A stretch of DNA of 64,000 nucleotides from Escherichia phage vB_EcoM_P54, in sequence record PV390658.1, one strand, 5' to 3'. The notes below the pieces were generated by a model. The model saw nothing but the letters and a program-made list of their open reading frames with translations. It made no database searches and was not told where the DNA came from. The translations under genes were made by a program, and so were the position numbers. Of this stretch, positions 10,088-19,408 are shown piece after piece. Each line of letters starts with the position of its first letter. Position 1 is the stretch's first letter.

Positions 10088-10561
10088 TATTTAAACCTCT
10101 ATCTCAATTTATGAAGAGTACCAATTCTAATTTGTTGATACTCTATTGTCAAACATTAATTACTGGAAGTTGTGCTTATCTTTAGAAGCTGCTTTACGTG
10201 CAGTTTTTCCAGTTCTTACACGCTTCTCTTCATAGTATTTTGCTGGTTTTCCAGCAGTGGCTTTTAAGGAATCCCCAAAAACTTTTTCAAATGCTTTAGA
10301 GTGTTTCATGATATTCTCCGATATACTTGATATTCAAACACATTTTCTTTAATTATAAAGAGCCAACCAATATTATGTCGAGGTATAGTAATAGTGACTG
10401 TTATCATACTGTGATGGAACTTTTCTTCTACCTCAACACCTCCATCACATTTCATGTAGAGCATTCTATAGAACCTATCAACCTTTGTCAAACACTCTTC
10501 CTGAAATTCATTTAAACTTTTTTCTTCAAAGAATGGTATGAACCCCTCTCTTTTATAACTA

Positions 10562-12547
10562 TCACTCAGTTTCAAACGGGCAGTCATCTGCATCCTCACT
10601 TAATACAGGTGGAATCGTTGAGCTTTGACGCTGTTCTTCAGTATAGACTTCACCAGTCTCACGGTCAAACACTTCATCCTCATAATGAGGTAAAGAGTCA
10701 TCGTAATGGTCTTCAGCTTCACCAATACCAAACTGTTGACGAATATTTTCTGCTGCACCATCAATGTCAACACCACATCCAGAGGCTTTGATAAGACGTC
10801 CTGTATCTGGATTGTACCAAGTATGACCAGCAATACCTGTTGACTTACCATGACGACGACACTTAGTTAACTTGATTTTTGTCAAGTTTTTCTTAACAGG
10901 GTCTGGGTCAACCTTGTTACGCATTAACAGAATGTTGTTCATGGAAATCTGGAAATACGCACCAGAACCTTTAATGTCCTCTTCAGAGATATCTCCACCT
11001 TCAGAGTTAGCTTTCTGACCACCTGCACTCTTACGAACGTGACATACGTTTACCTGCGCATACTGGTAGCGTTTGCAACGACGCAATAGTTCAGACAAAA
11101 CTTCCTCTTCATCCGTATCGGAACGTGACAGAGCCAATGTAATAGGGTCAAGAATAATAATCTTACAGTCTAAACTGTTAACAAGATAGTCAACAAACTC
11201 CAGCAAATTATCTTGGTCAATTGCCCCTTGATGGTCTACGATATGGATACGACGACCTTTAGATAGCTCTGCGTGTGCTTCCTTCAATTCATCCCAATCA
11301 CGTTCGTCATAAGGAATCTCAGAAATCTGCTTGCTTAGATGAATTGCACAGAGCATCTCCATCAACTCTTCATAGGTATCTTCTACAGGAATTACACCGA
11401 TATTATAATCAGTTTCCTTCCAAGCAGTGTAAATCATTTCACGGGTATATGCTGATTTACCTACTGAAGATGGTGCTGCCAGAGTTGTAATCTCACCTAA
11501 ACCGTAACCACCATAAGTCAACCTGTTCAAATCCCCGAAAGATTCTGGGAAAGGAATCAATGGAATCTGACCACGATTCTTCATTGCCTCAAAACCATCT
11601 GCAAAGTTCTTGATACCAGCAGGGCAGTAACGAGGTGCGTTGTAGATACGCTGCTTAAATCCTTCCAGAACTGTATCTTTCTCTTTATAGAACTTTGTCC
11701 ACCATTCGTTAAGGTCTTTTACACCTTCTGGATACTGGAATAAACGAACCTTCTCAATAGGTAGGATACCAGCAGCCTCTTTGGTAGCTTTAGCACCTGC
11801 TTCATCATTATCAAAGCACAAGTAAATCTCATCAAATGATGTGATGTACTGATAGTTGTCTTTGATAGACTTAATGTTTGCACCTGATGGAACAGATACG
11901 TGGCAGTAATTCTTACGACGAGACTTATCTTTAATCGCCAGAGAAGTCATGTAGATTGCTGTAGCGCATTCCATCTCACCTTCCCAGATGAATAAACGGT
12001 TACCACCTTCTGGAGCAATCCATGAACCGAACATTGCCAGTTCACCTTTAATATCTCCGACACCACCTGAAAAGTCTTTTAGCTTACCACGTAGGTGTTC
12101 TTTTGGATGGTCTTCTGGGTAACGGTGACGAACACGGTAGCCAACATGTTCTAGCTTGCCATCTTCATTACGTTTGTAAGTTGGATAGAAATGTGCATCA
12201 ATTTCACCATCACTATCAATGTCAACCTTGATACCTAAACGTTCAAGGACTTTTGCAGGAATCTTCCTATCTTTCAAGTCCATTGCTTCTAGGTTTTCTT
12301 TTACATCATCTAAATCCATTCCACGGAAAGTACGGTTTTTATTATCTGAACCAGTAGAATAAGTGCTCACGATTTGTCCTTTATCAAAATCCCACTCTGG
12401 GAAACCTTTGTTACAGCTAAAGCAAGTCATCGAATAAGAATCATCGTCATGATGGTAGATTGAACCAGCATCTGATGAACCACAACGTGGACATGCACAA
12501 TGACCAATAAACTGACCAGCCTCTTTCAATTTACGACCTTTAGACAT
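10562..12547 (-). CDS. bifunctional DNA primase-helicase (T7 gp4-like)
   Basis: N-terminal Cys4 zinc ribbon (CACPRCGSSD...CFSCNKG), central TOPRIM-like region, C-terminal DnaB-type P-loop SSVGKSAY; start refined to ATG 12547 with AGAGGTG RBS. Confidence 0.85.
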   Translation of the reverse strand: MSKGRKLKEAGQFIGHCACPRCGSSDAGSIYHHDDDSYSMTCFSCNKGFPEWDFDKGQIVSTYSTGSDNKNRTFRGMDLDDVKENLEAMDLKDRKIPAKVLERLGIKVDIDSDGEIDAHFYPTYKRNEDGKLEHVGYRVRHRYPEDHPKEHLRGKLKDFSGGVGDIKGELAMFGSWIAPEGGNRLFIWEGEMECATAIYMTSLAIKDKSRRKNYCHVSVPSGANIKSIKDNYQYITSFDEIYLCFDNDEAGAKATKEAAGILPIEKVRLFQYPEGVKDLNEWWTKFYKEKDTVLEGFKQRIYNAPRYCPAGIKNFADGFEAMKNRGQIPLIPFPESFGDLNRLTYGGYGLGEITTLAAPSSVGKSAYTREMIYTAWKETDYNIGVIPVEDTYEELMEMLCAIHLSKQISEIPYDERDWDELKEAHAELSKGRRIHIVDHQGAIDQDNLLEFVDYLVNSLDCKIIILDPITLALSRSDTDEEEVLSELLRRCKRYQYAQVNVCHVRKSAGGQKANSEGGDISEEDIKGSGAYFQISMNNILLMRNKVDPDPVKKNLTKIKLTKCRRHGKSTGIAGHTWYNPDTGRLIKASGCGVDIDGAAENIRQQFGIGEAEDHYDDSLPHYEDEVFDRETGEVYTEEQRQSSTIPPVLSEDADDCPFETE

Positions 12548-12740
12548 TAGCACCTCTTCGTTGTAGTTCTGCCTTCAATCCATTTTCAATCTTGTCCAGT
12601 TCATGAATCTCATCTGCAATCTCTTTCCTTCGTGATTCAACTCTCTTAAGACGTTCAATCATTACCTCATTGGAAAGAGATGAGAGTTCCACTAAACGAT
12701 GGTCAATAACCTTAAAATTATCTTTTACTCTCATCTTCAT
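12540..12740 (-). CDS. hypothetical coiled-coil protein (66 aa)
   Basis: ORF track only. Confidence 0.3.
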   Translation of the reverse strand: MKMRVKDNFKVIDHRLVELSSLSNEVMIERLKRVESRRKEIADEIHELDKIENGLKAELQRRGANV

Positions 12741-12748
12741 TCTCTCTT

Positions 12749-13492
12749 TTAAATTTTCAGGATAGCTCTTAGCTTGCTTTCAAGGTCTGCAAGAGTACCA
12801 TTATTATGGATAATGTCACGCGCATATTTAGTAGAAATCCCATTTTCTGAAACATGTGACGAAACCTTATCCACATTGTCTCTTTTTACTTCAATAATCT
12901 GGTGTGCAAATCTACTCAGCCACTCAGCTTCAGAGTCAAACCTTAAGTCACTGATTAAAACAACACCCTCTTGATTCATAAGTGAACAAGATTCAAAGAA
13001 GCGAGCCATTCGTTTTTCAAGGTCTTTAGCCCAGAATTTGTCACCCATAACTTTACGGATTACTTCAGTGCCCCAAATCTGTTGAATTTGTCTTGATGAG
13101 AATTTATACTTCTTGCTAAATCCCAGACGTGTCAATAGAGTTGGCTTAGCAACCTTCTTAAGTTCCATGATTAATCGTCCGGTTAACTCCGACATAAGCT
13201 TAAAGTCCATATGGTAACGTTCATCTCTGAAGGTGAACTCCATAGCTTCCGTAACTTTACCCATAAGTTCAGAGTATGATAAATCAAAAACCTGTGGAGT
13301 CTCTTTAGTTTCACCGTACAGGTCATTCCACGTCAAGTCAAATATCTTTGATGCAGATAGCTTGAGATTGTCTGCATAGGCCATTACTGCAACATTGTAG
13401 CCATACTCATCTTCTAGGATATTCTTAACAATAGAGCATGAGGTATCTTTTCCAGAACGTGCCTTTCCAGTAAATGCGATAATATTACTCAT
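12749..13492 (-). CDS. deoxynucleoside monophosphate kinase
   Basis: 247 aa; N-terminal IAFTGKARSGKDT P-loop resembles T4 gp1 (SGVKRSGKDT, from memory); GGGAGG RBS. Confidence 0.65.
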   Translation of the reverse strand: MSNIIAFTGKARSGKDTSCSIVKNILEDEYGYNVAVMAYADNLKLSASKIFDLTWNDLYGETKETPQVFDLSYSELMGKVTEAMEFTFRDERYHMDFKLMSELTGRLIMELKKVAKPTLLTRLGFSKKYKFSSRQIQQIWGTEVIRKVMGDKFWAKDLEKRMARFFESCSLMNQEGVVLISDLRFDSEAEWLSRFAHQIIEVKRDNVDKVSSHVSENGISTKYARDIIHNNGTLADLESKLRAILKI

Positions 13493-13553
13493 TTTGCCTC
13501 CCTTAATTACTAAAAAGCCCCCAACTAAGGAGGCTTGTAAGATTTATAAAGAC

Positions 13554-14366
13554 TTAGTGCAGTTGGTCACTAGTAATTTGTGAGTGCTCTTTTTCAGCCA
13601 TAGCTGAGATTTGCTTCACAAAATCATCGCCGAAGTTAATGCGAAGCTTCTCTTCAATGATTGAAGCACCGATGCTTACCAAAACATCATTGATTGCTTG
13701 CATACTCACACCACCAGTCATGCTCTCAATGAACTCAATGCTTGTACCCATCATCTGTGAAAGTTGGATTAGTGCAACGATATTCATCATCGTAGAGATA
13801 GCTGGAATCATCAATGCAACTTTCACCTGTAGTGGCTCTACATCAGCTACAGAGTCATCTTTCACAGCTTCTGCTAAAGAGTCTTTAGTTTGCTGGATAA
13901 TCTCTTTGATTCGTGGGTTTAACTCTTCTACACCCCAATCAAGTTTTTCATATCGTGACAGCTTCTCTTCCATTCGCTTCTCAAGAGCAGCCATAACAGC
14001 ACTCGTTGACGAAATTAACAGGTCAACTAGCTCATTATTATCTAAGAGCAGTAGCGAGTCTTTTTCTTCAGGTGTCATGGCAATATAGTCATTTTTCTGC
14101 ATCTCATAAAAAATGAACTCTGCAAGAGCATCAACACCTACAACAATAGATGCTAAGGCAAGCTTTTTGTCACACAGCATCATATTAACCTGTTCTGCAA
14201 AAGCACCGTTATCAGACTTGTCTTTAGGCAAGTTATAGCTTGCAGGCATAAACTGTTCTGTGTAGTTGTTTCCACGAAGAATCATAGCCATGCTTTCTAC
14301 GGCATTGATTAAGAATGCTTCGTCAATACCTTTTTCTTCAAGCATCTGGTCTACAGTAGTGTTCAT
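13554..14366 (-). CDS. hypothetical protein (270 aa)
   Basis: ORF track; no recognisable motif. Confidence 0.5.
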   Translation of the reverse strand: MNTTVDQMLEEKGIDEAFLINAVESMAMILRGNNYTEQFMPASYNLPKDKSDNGAFAEQVNMMLCDKKLALASIVVGVDALAEFIFYEMQKNDYIAMTPEEKDSLLLLDNNELVDLLISSTSAVMAALEKRMEEKLSRYEKLDWGVEELNPRIKEIIQQTKDSLAEAVKDDSVADVEPLQVKVALMIPAISTMMNIVALIQLSQMMGTSIEFIESMTGGVSMQAINDVLVSIGASIIEEKLRINFGDDFVKQISAMAEKEHSQITSDQLH

Positions 14367-14367
14367 A

Positions 14368-14790
14368 TTATTTCTCTCTCAGTTGGTTAAGTTTCTTTCT
14401 AGAACATTTTAAGTTTTCTGATGAAGAAAAGTCAAGTGTCTTTTCAGAACGTGGATAGTAATGTCTATCCCAAGAAGTTTCAACATCGTTAATCAGTGAC
14501 GCTAGATTACACAGGTCTGTACCACTTTGCAACCTCTTTTTAAGAGAATCTAGTAAAGCAACTGTGTCTTTAGCTTTACGTCTCGCTGTAGCAACATCTT
14601 TCATATGCTCAAATACAGAGCATTTTAAGTCATCTTCATAGTTTTCAGACAACTCTATTTCATGTTGTATATCAACCATTCTCCTGTGATGGTGAGCATA
14701 TTCCCGTTGAGCAGCAATGTCAAGTTCTTCCAACTTCTGCAAAGCTCTAACAAAGTCAGCTATGTCTGGGTGAACAAACATTTTCTGCAT
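14368..14790 (-). CDS. hypothetical protein (140 aa)
   Basis: ORF track; first gene of the leftward operon leaving the 14.8-15.0 kb divergent region. Confidence 0.45.
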   Translation of the reverse strand: MQKMFVHPDIADFVRALQKLEELDIAAQREYAHHHRRMVDIQHEIELSENYEDDLKCSVFEHMKDVATARRKAKDTVALLDSLKKRLQSGTDLCNLASLINDVETSWDRHYYPRSEKTLDFSSSENLKCSRKKLNQLREK

Positions 14791-14963
14791 GTAAGCCTCT
14801 TTTAAGTAACTATTAAGTTTTAATCTTTTATCTTAACGTATTCTATACGTTATACTTTAAAGCTTTTTAAAAGCTATTAAATAATCTTTTAAGAGTTTTA
14901 AAGTATCTGTATAGTTAAACTGTTAAGTAACCTTTTAAGTAAAAACCCACTTCGCAAAGATTA

Positions 14964-14990
14964 ACACCTTGTCAAGTACATTGTCAACTT
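14964..14990. promoter_or_regulatory. conserved 25 nt box ACACCTTGTCAAGTNCNTTGTCAAC in the divergent region
   Basis: Near-identical to the box at 57651-57675; contains two TTGACA hexamers on the minus strand. Confidence 0.45.
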
Positions 14991-15047
14991 GCTTTTTATA
15001 ATTTTTTGCAGTAATGTATGAGGTTAATGATTTTAGAGGGAGTAAAA

Positions 15048-17747
15048 ATGGAAAACGTAGATTTTAAAAACTTACATTTAGTTGGTGATACAGAAACTGA
15101 TGGTTTACTCCTTGAGTTCACTAAGGTGCACGTAATGGCTTTCGCAGACTATAAATCTGACGACGAAGAGCCACCTGTATGGGTCTTTACAGATGAACCT
15201 ATCCTCGGTCACAAGTATACCAAGTACATTAAGGGTGGTTTGCGTGAAGGTATTGAGTTTGCGTTAAAGGCAAAACGACTTTGCATCCATAATGGTTTAG
15301 GATATGACTGGTGGGTTTTCAATCACATTGCACCTGATTTGTGGAACTTTGATAATCCAAAGTGTAAGCCGTGGAGTAATTTCTTTCAGGATTCTCTTAT
15401 CCAGTCTCGTGTTCAATGGATGGATAGACCAACTCCAAAAGGCTATAAAGGTGCTCATGGCTTGGCAGCATGGGGTGCTCGTGTTGGTGTCCGTAAACCA
15501 GAGATTGAACATTGGGGTGTGTGGAATGCAGAAATCTTCACTCGTGTTGTGGAAGATATCCGTATTAACGCCAAAACTAAACGTGCACTGGATAATGAAT
15601 ATCTCAAGCTGAAGAAGTGTGGCGTAGATACTTATGAAACCTACATGCGAGCTAAAGAAACATCTTTCTGGATGAGTCAACAAGCTATCAATGGTTGGAA
15701 AGCTGATAAAGAGCTTATGGAGTTCCATGTAAAGGAACTTGACAAGTTGACTAATGAGCTTGCTTCAGAAGTTGAACCACATCTTCCTCCAACTATTAAG
15801 ACCAAAGGTAAAGTCACTGGAGAAGAATTTGCAAAAGCTTGGAATGAGTATGTTGAAGCATTCGGTCATGCAGATGGACTGAAGAGAATTACTAAGTACC
15901 CTAAGACAAAGTATCGTCAGCAGGTACGTAATGGTGAGATGCAGACATATGAAATCAAGCCATTTGGTAAACCAACTACCAAGATTTTTAACATTGAAAA
16001 GCGGAATTGCTATACACCAACCAACTCTGTAACTGGTGAAGAGTACAAGGAAGGCTTTGTAGCAATGAAGGATGCTCGTGCAATTTGCAATGAGTTGAAT
16101 GCAAAGATTGGTAAGAAGTGCAAAGACTGGAAGCCAGTAAAAACAGTTAAAACTGTGAAGTACTATAACAGCCATGTTGTTAACCACTTTGAGCTTGAGT
16201 CAAGTCGCTACACAGGTTTGATTGATGCACCATATACACCAATTGAGTTCGAAGTTTCTCGTATGACTCAGGTAGCAGTTGTTAAAGACTACTTGAAATC
16301 AGTTGGTTGGATTCCAGATGACTGGAACTATAAGAAAGACTCTGATGGTCGTCCTGTTAAGGTTTGTCGCTTCAAAGACAACAAAAAGATGATTACAAAA
16401 CATCCTAAGTGGGATGAGATGGTGGAACGGTGTGGTTTGAGTTATGTTGAACACGAAGGTGTCCAGTACATTGAACATAACTGGTCTGTGAAGAAGTACA
16501 CAGATTTGCTTGAGCCTTGCTTAATCCGTACTTCACCAAAACTTACTGAATCATCTTATGATACAATTGAAGGTGAGCTTGGACAGAAGATTGCGAAATA
16601 CTATACTTTGATGCACCGACGCAGAACTATTGAGAACTCAAAGGATGATGAAAAAGGTTGGTTGAACCAGATTCGTCCTGACGGTCGCCTTAGTGCTGGT
16701 GCAATGGTGTTTGGTACTTCAACTGGACGTATGACACAGTATGGTATTGTAAACGTACCGTCTGGTGCTGCTGTCTATGGGGAACCAATGAGGGCAGTGT
16801 GGATTTGTGAAGAAGGTACTAACGTTGTCTCTGTAGACATGAACTCAGCCCAGCTAGTTCTTCTTTGTAACTTTATGGGTGACAAAGACTTCACTAAAGC
16901 GGTAACGCAAGGTAAAGAAGAGATTGAGTTTATTCGTCAAGAAGATGGACGCTATTACTGCAAACATTTTGATGAGTACCTCAACCCAGAGATTGATAAG
17001 TACCTTCGCTATGACTCTGAGAATGACCTTTACGTTGTCTATTCAGGGACTGATGCACACACACTGAACAGTATTTACTTTAGCTTGAATGATGAGCAGG
17101 ATATCTTGACTTGTCGAGCTACTCAGGATGAGAACCTTCTCCATGAGATTAGCAAAGGTCGTAAGAAAGCTAAGAATGGTATCTATGCACTGCTGTTCGG
17201 TGCAGGTGATGAGAAGTTTGCTAAGACAATTAAGGCTGCAACTACTCAGGAAGGTGCACTGACTAAGCAGACTTACTTTATCCGTTTGCCTAAGATTAAG
17301 AAGCTGCTAGATGACTTGGAAGCTGACTACAAAGCAACTAAGAAGGCACTTGAAGAGGTGTTTGGTAAGACCGCTGCAATCTCTAAAGGGGGTTTTGTAA
17401 AGGTTGCTGGAGCTTGGTTGTGGTGTAAATCTCCACACAAACTGTTGAACTATCTTTTGATGGGTTCAGAGGCTCAGATTCAAAATGAGGCGATTAACCT
17501 TGCTTGTCGTCGTATGATTGACGAAGGTTTGATGAAGTTGAATGGTCGTCAACCAGCTATTGGTGCTCGTTTGCTCTGCGCATATCACGACGAGACGAGT
17601 TGGGAATGTCCAGAGAGTATGACGGCAGATGTGAAAGCAGTTACTGACTGGTATTATGGGCAAGCTTCTAAAAACTTAGGTCTTAAGAAAGAAACGCTTG
17701 TTACAGGCACTGGTAAGGTTGGCAAAAGCTGGCTTGAAGTACACTAA
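15048..17747 (+). CDS. DNA polymerase, family A, with 3'-5' exonuclease domain
   Basis: Exo I motif VGDTETDGL; motif B-like KNGIYALLFGAG; motif C-like YHDETSWECPE; start set at ATG 15048 (MENVDF) behind a GAGGGAG RBS rather than track start 15018. Confidence 0.9.
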   Translation: MENVDFKNLHLVGDTETDGLLLEFTKVHVMAFADYKSDDEEPPVWVFTDEPILGHKYTKYIKGGLREGIEFALKAKRLCIHNGLGYDWWVFNHIAPDLWNFDNPKCKPWSNFFQDSLIQSRVQWMDRPTPKGYKGAHGLAAWGARVGVRKPEIEHWGVWNAEIFTRVVEDIRINAKTKRALDNEYLKLKKCGVDTYETYMRAKETSFWMSQQAINGWKADKELMEFHVKELDKLTNELASEVEPHLPPTIKTKGKVTGEEFAKAWNEYVEAFGHADGLKRITKYPKTKYRQQVRNGEMQTYEIKPFGKPTTKIFNIEKRNCYTPTNSVTGEEYKEGFVAMKDARAICNELNAKIGKKCKDWKPVKTVKTVKYYNSHVVNHFELESSRYTGLIDAPYTPIEFEVSRMTQVAVVKDYLKSVGWIPDDWNYKKDSDGRPVKVCRFKDNKKMITKHPKWDEMVERCGLSYVEHEGVQYIEHNWSVKKYTDLLEPCLIRTSPKLTESSYDTIEGELGQKIAKYYTLMHRRRTIENSKDDEKGWLNQIRPDGRLSAGAMVFGTSTGRMTQYGIVNVPSGAAVYGEPMRAVWICEEGTNVVSVDMNSAQLVLLCNFMGDKDFTKAVTQGKEEIEFIRQEDGRYYCKHFDEYLNPEIDKYLRYDSENDLYVVYSGTDAHTLNSIYFSLNDEQDILTCRATQDENLLHEISKGRKKAKNGIYALLFGAGDEKFAKTIKAATTQEGALTKQTYFIRLPKIKKLLDDLEADYKATKKALEEVFGKTAAISKGGFVKVAGAWLWCKSPHKLLNYLLMGSEAQIQNEAINLACRRMIDEGLMKLNGRQPAIGARLLCAYHDETSWECPESMTADVKAVTDWYYGQASKNLGLKKETLVTGTGKVGKSWLEVH

Positions 17748-17763
17748 TTAGTATTGACAAGGT

Positions 17764-17797
17764 GCTCATGGAAGAGTACCTTATACTATATCTTGTA
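17764..17797 (+). promoter_or_regulatory. putative promoter with TTGACAAGGTG box upstream of the small-gene cluster
   Basis: TTGACAAGGTG at 17764-17774; TATACT 22 nt downstream. Confidence 0.4.
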
Positions 17798-17808
17798 TAG
17801 GAGGTCAC

Positions 17809-18027
17809 ATGACACTTTCAGAGATTGAAGTTCAGTTGCAATGTGCAGGTTATTCTCAAAAAGAGATTGAAGGGATGTTTATTGTTCTTTGCAGTAGCTG
17901 TAGGAATTTGAAGGTAAACCCTGAAGTTCTACGTAGAGTAGATATCTTTATTGCTGGAGATAAAATCGCAAAAGATAAGACAGGCTACTTAAAAGGTGAG
18001 CGTGTAAATATTGAGAGTTTACTATGA
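17809..18027 (+). CDS. small protein, paralog A of a tandem pair (72 aa)
   Basis: GGAGG RBS; shares MTL start and C-terminus DGKIAKDKTGYLKGERVNIESLL with paralog B. Confidence 0.5.
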   Translation: MTLSEIEVQLQCAGYSQKEIEGMFIVLCSSCRNLKVNPEVLRRVDIFIAGDKIAKDKTGYLKGERVNIESLL

Positions 18028-18233
18028 GCCACCGTGGAAGAACCCATGCAGCGATGATGAAAGGTGCTTCAAAGGAAACTATCAAGAACCGTAAGCAGAA
18101 GTTGTTTGAGAGAATGAACAGGTTAATTGACAATTCATCTCTTTCAGGTTCTGAGAAGGTTTTCTTGAAAGGTAATCTGAAAAGCATTGCACAAGAACTT
18201 ATTGATATTGAATATTGGAGACATCAAAAATGA
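18024..18233 (+). CDS. small basic protein (69 aa) between the paralogs
   Basis: ORF track; start overlaps the stop of the upstream gene. Confidence 0.4.
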   Translation: MSHRGRTHAAMMKGASKETIKNRKQKLFERMNRLIDNSSLSGSEKVFLKGNLKSIAQELIDIEYWRHQK

Positions 18234-18448
18234 CACTTGCAGACGTTATTCAGCAACTTCACGATAATTGCTACACTCCTGAGTTGATTCAAGAGATGCT
18301 TATTGTGGTGATGCCTAGTAAGTTCTTAAAAGGTTTTAATCGTGAGGCTTTAAAGGTCGCACATATCCTTATCGTTGACGGTAAGATTGCAAGAGACCGT
18401 ACAGGTGTTCTTAAGGGTGAACGCATTGATATCTTGGAATTGTTATGA
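18230..18448 (+). CDS. small protein, paralog B of a tandem pair (72 aa)
   Basis: Start refined to ATG 18230 (MTLADVIQQL) with GGAGA RBS; C-terminus DGKIARDRTGVLKGERIDILELL. Confidence 0.5.
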   Translation: MTLADVIQQLHDNCYTPELIQEMLIVVMPSKFLKGFNREALKVAHILIVDGKIARDRTGVLKGERIDILELL

Positions 18449-18605
18449 ATAGGTTATATAGTCTCTGGGGAAGGATGGGTAAAGACTCTGATTGGAACCT
18501 ACTAAAAACAAACGTAAAAAGTAATGAGATAGCGTACTACAAAATTCATTACTACAAAACTTTCAGAGAGCTTGAGTATCGTGAACAACAGACAGGAGAA
18601 GTATT

Positions 18606-18842
18606 ATGTGGAAATCAGTAATTGTGCTTGGTGTTATTTTTCTAGCTGGCTGCAACCCTTCTTATGAAGATAAAAATGCTTCTTATAGCCTCCCACCAGA
18701 GATGCAAGATTGCAAAGTCTATAAGTTGCATGGTGATGCCATAAGTAGAGATATTGTTGTTGTCAGATGTCCAAACTCTCAAACAACAACATCTTATAGT
18801 TATGGAAAAAATGGTCAATCACACACTACGGTTATTGAGTGA
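18606..18842 (+). CDS. putative lipoprotein (78 aa)
   Basis: Signal peptide MWKSVIVLGVIFLAGC with lipobox LAGC. Confidence 0.5.
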   Translation: MWKSVIVLGVIFLAGCNPSYEDKNASYSLPPEMQDCKVYKLHGDAISRDIVVVRCPNSQTTTSYSYGKNGQSHTTVIE

Positions 18843-18852
18843 GGTTTTCACG

Positions 18853-19059
18853 ATGGAAGTCCTAGTAAACTATATCTATTGTTATGATGTTGTTCACTCC
18901 ACTACAACCGTAGCTCAACGTAACCCAATTGTCCCACGAGAAGGTGAATTGGTTCGCATTGAGGGTTGGACTTACACTGTGGAAAGTATCATTCATAAGT
19001 TTGATGTTGCTGGTGATGTTCAAGTTATCGACGTAGAGATTGGTGGTAAGAGAAAATGA
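18853..19059 (+). CDS. hypothetical protein (~68 aa)
   Basis: ORF track 18754..19059 overlaps the lipoprotein gene; internal ATG 18853 has a GAGG RBS. Confidence 0.4.
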   Translation: MEVLVNYIYCYDVVHSTTTVAQRNPIVPREGELVRIEGWTYTVESIIHKFDVAGDVQVIDVEIGGKRK

Positions 19060-19215
19060 AACCTAAGCAAACAATGACAGATGCAACCTTCACAGTACAC
19101 AGCTTCGAAAGGTTGCACATCAAAGATACAAAAGATACACCAAAATGCGTTGTACATTTTATTAAAAGGAGTAGTAACATGTCCTATATGAAATCTGACA
19201 AAGGCAATAGCACAA

Positions 19216-19407
19216 ATGAATAAAGAAGACAAGCATAAAAATGCTGTACGGACTCCTGATGGAAAGGTTCAATCCTTCATCCTGACAGTTGGTGGAAAGC
19301 CGTTTCGTTGCCACTGCGGAGCAAACTGTTTTCATAAACCAGATAAAAATGACTTAGAGCTTTACGCATGTAATGCTTGTAATACTTGGTATCACTCAGA
19401 GGAATAA
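19216..19407 (+). CDS. small Cys-rich zinc-ribbon-like protein (63 aa)
   Basis: CHCGANCFH ... CNACNTW cysteine/histidine pairs. Confidence 0.4.
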   Translation: MNKEDKHKNAVRTPDGKVQSFILTVGGKPFRCHCGANCFHKPDKNDLELYACNACNTWYHSEE

Positions 19408-19408
19408 A

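Noticed and set aside
13639-14088. 149 aa plus-strand ORF antisense to gene 13554..14366, and similar antisense ORFs (15297..15728, 15765..16187, 36397..36837, 44097..44537)
   Set aside because: All lie fully within longer, better-supported genes on the opposite strand and have Ser/Leu-rich compositions typical of antisense artefacts.
15018-15047. Longer N-terminal extensions suggested by the ORF track (DNA polymerase from 15018, terminase from 49409, portal from 47785, nrdB from 3474, cassette gene from GTG 20912)
   Set aside because: Downstream ATG codons with proper Shine-Dalgarno spacing and no overlap with neighbours are more plausible starts; the track appears to take the first in-frame start including alternative codons.
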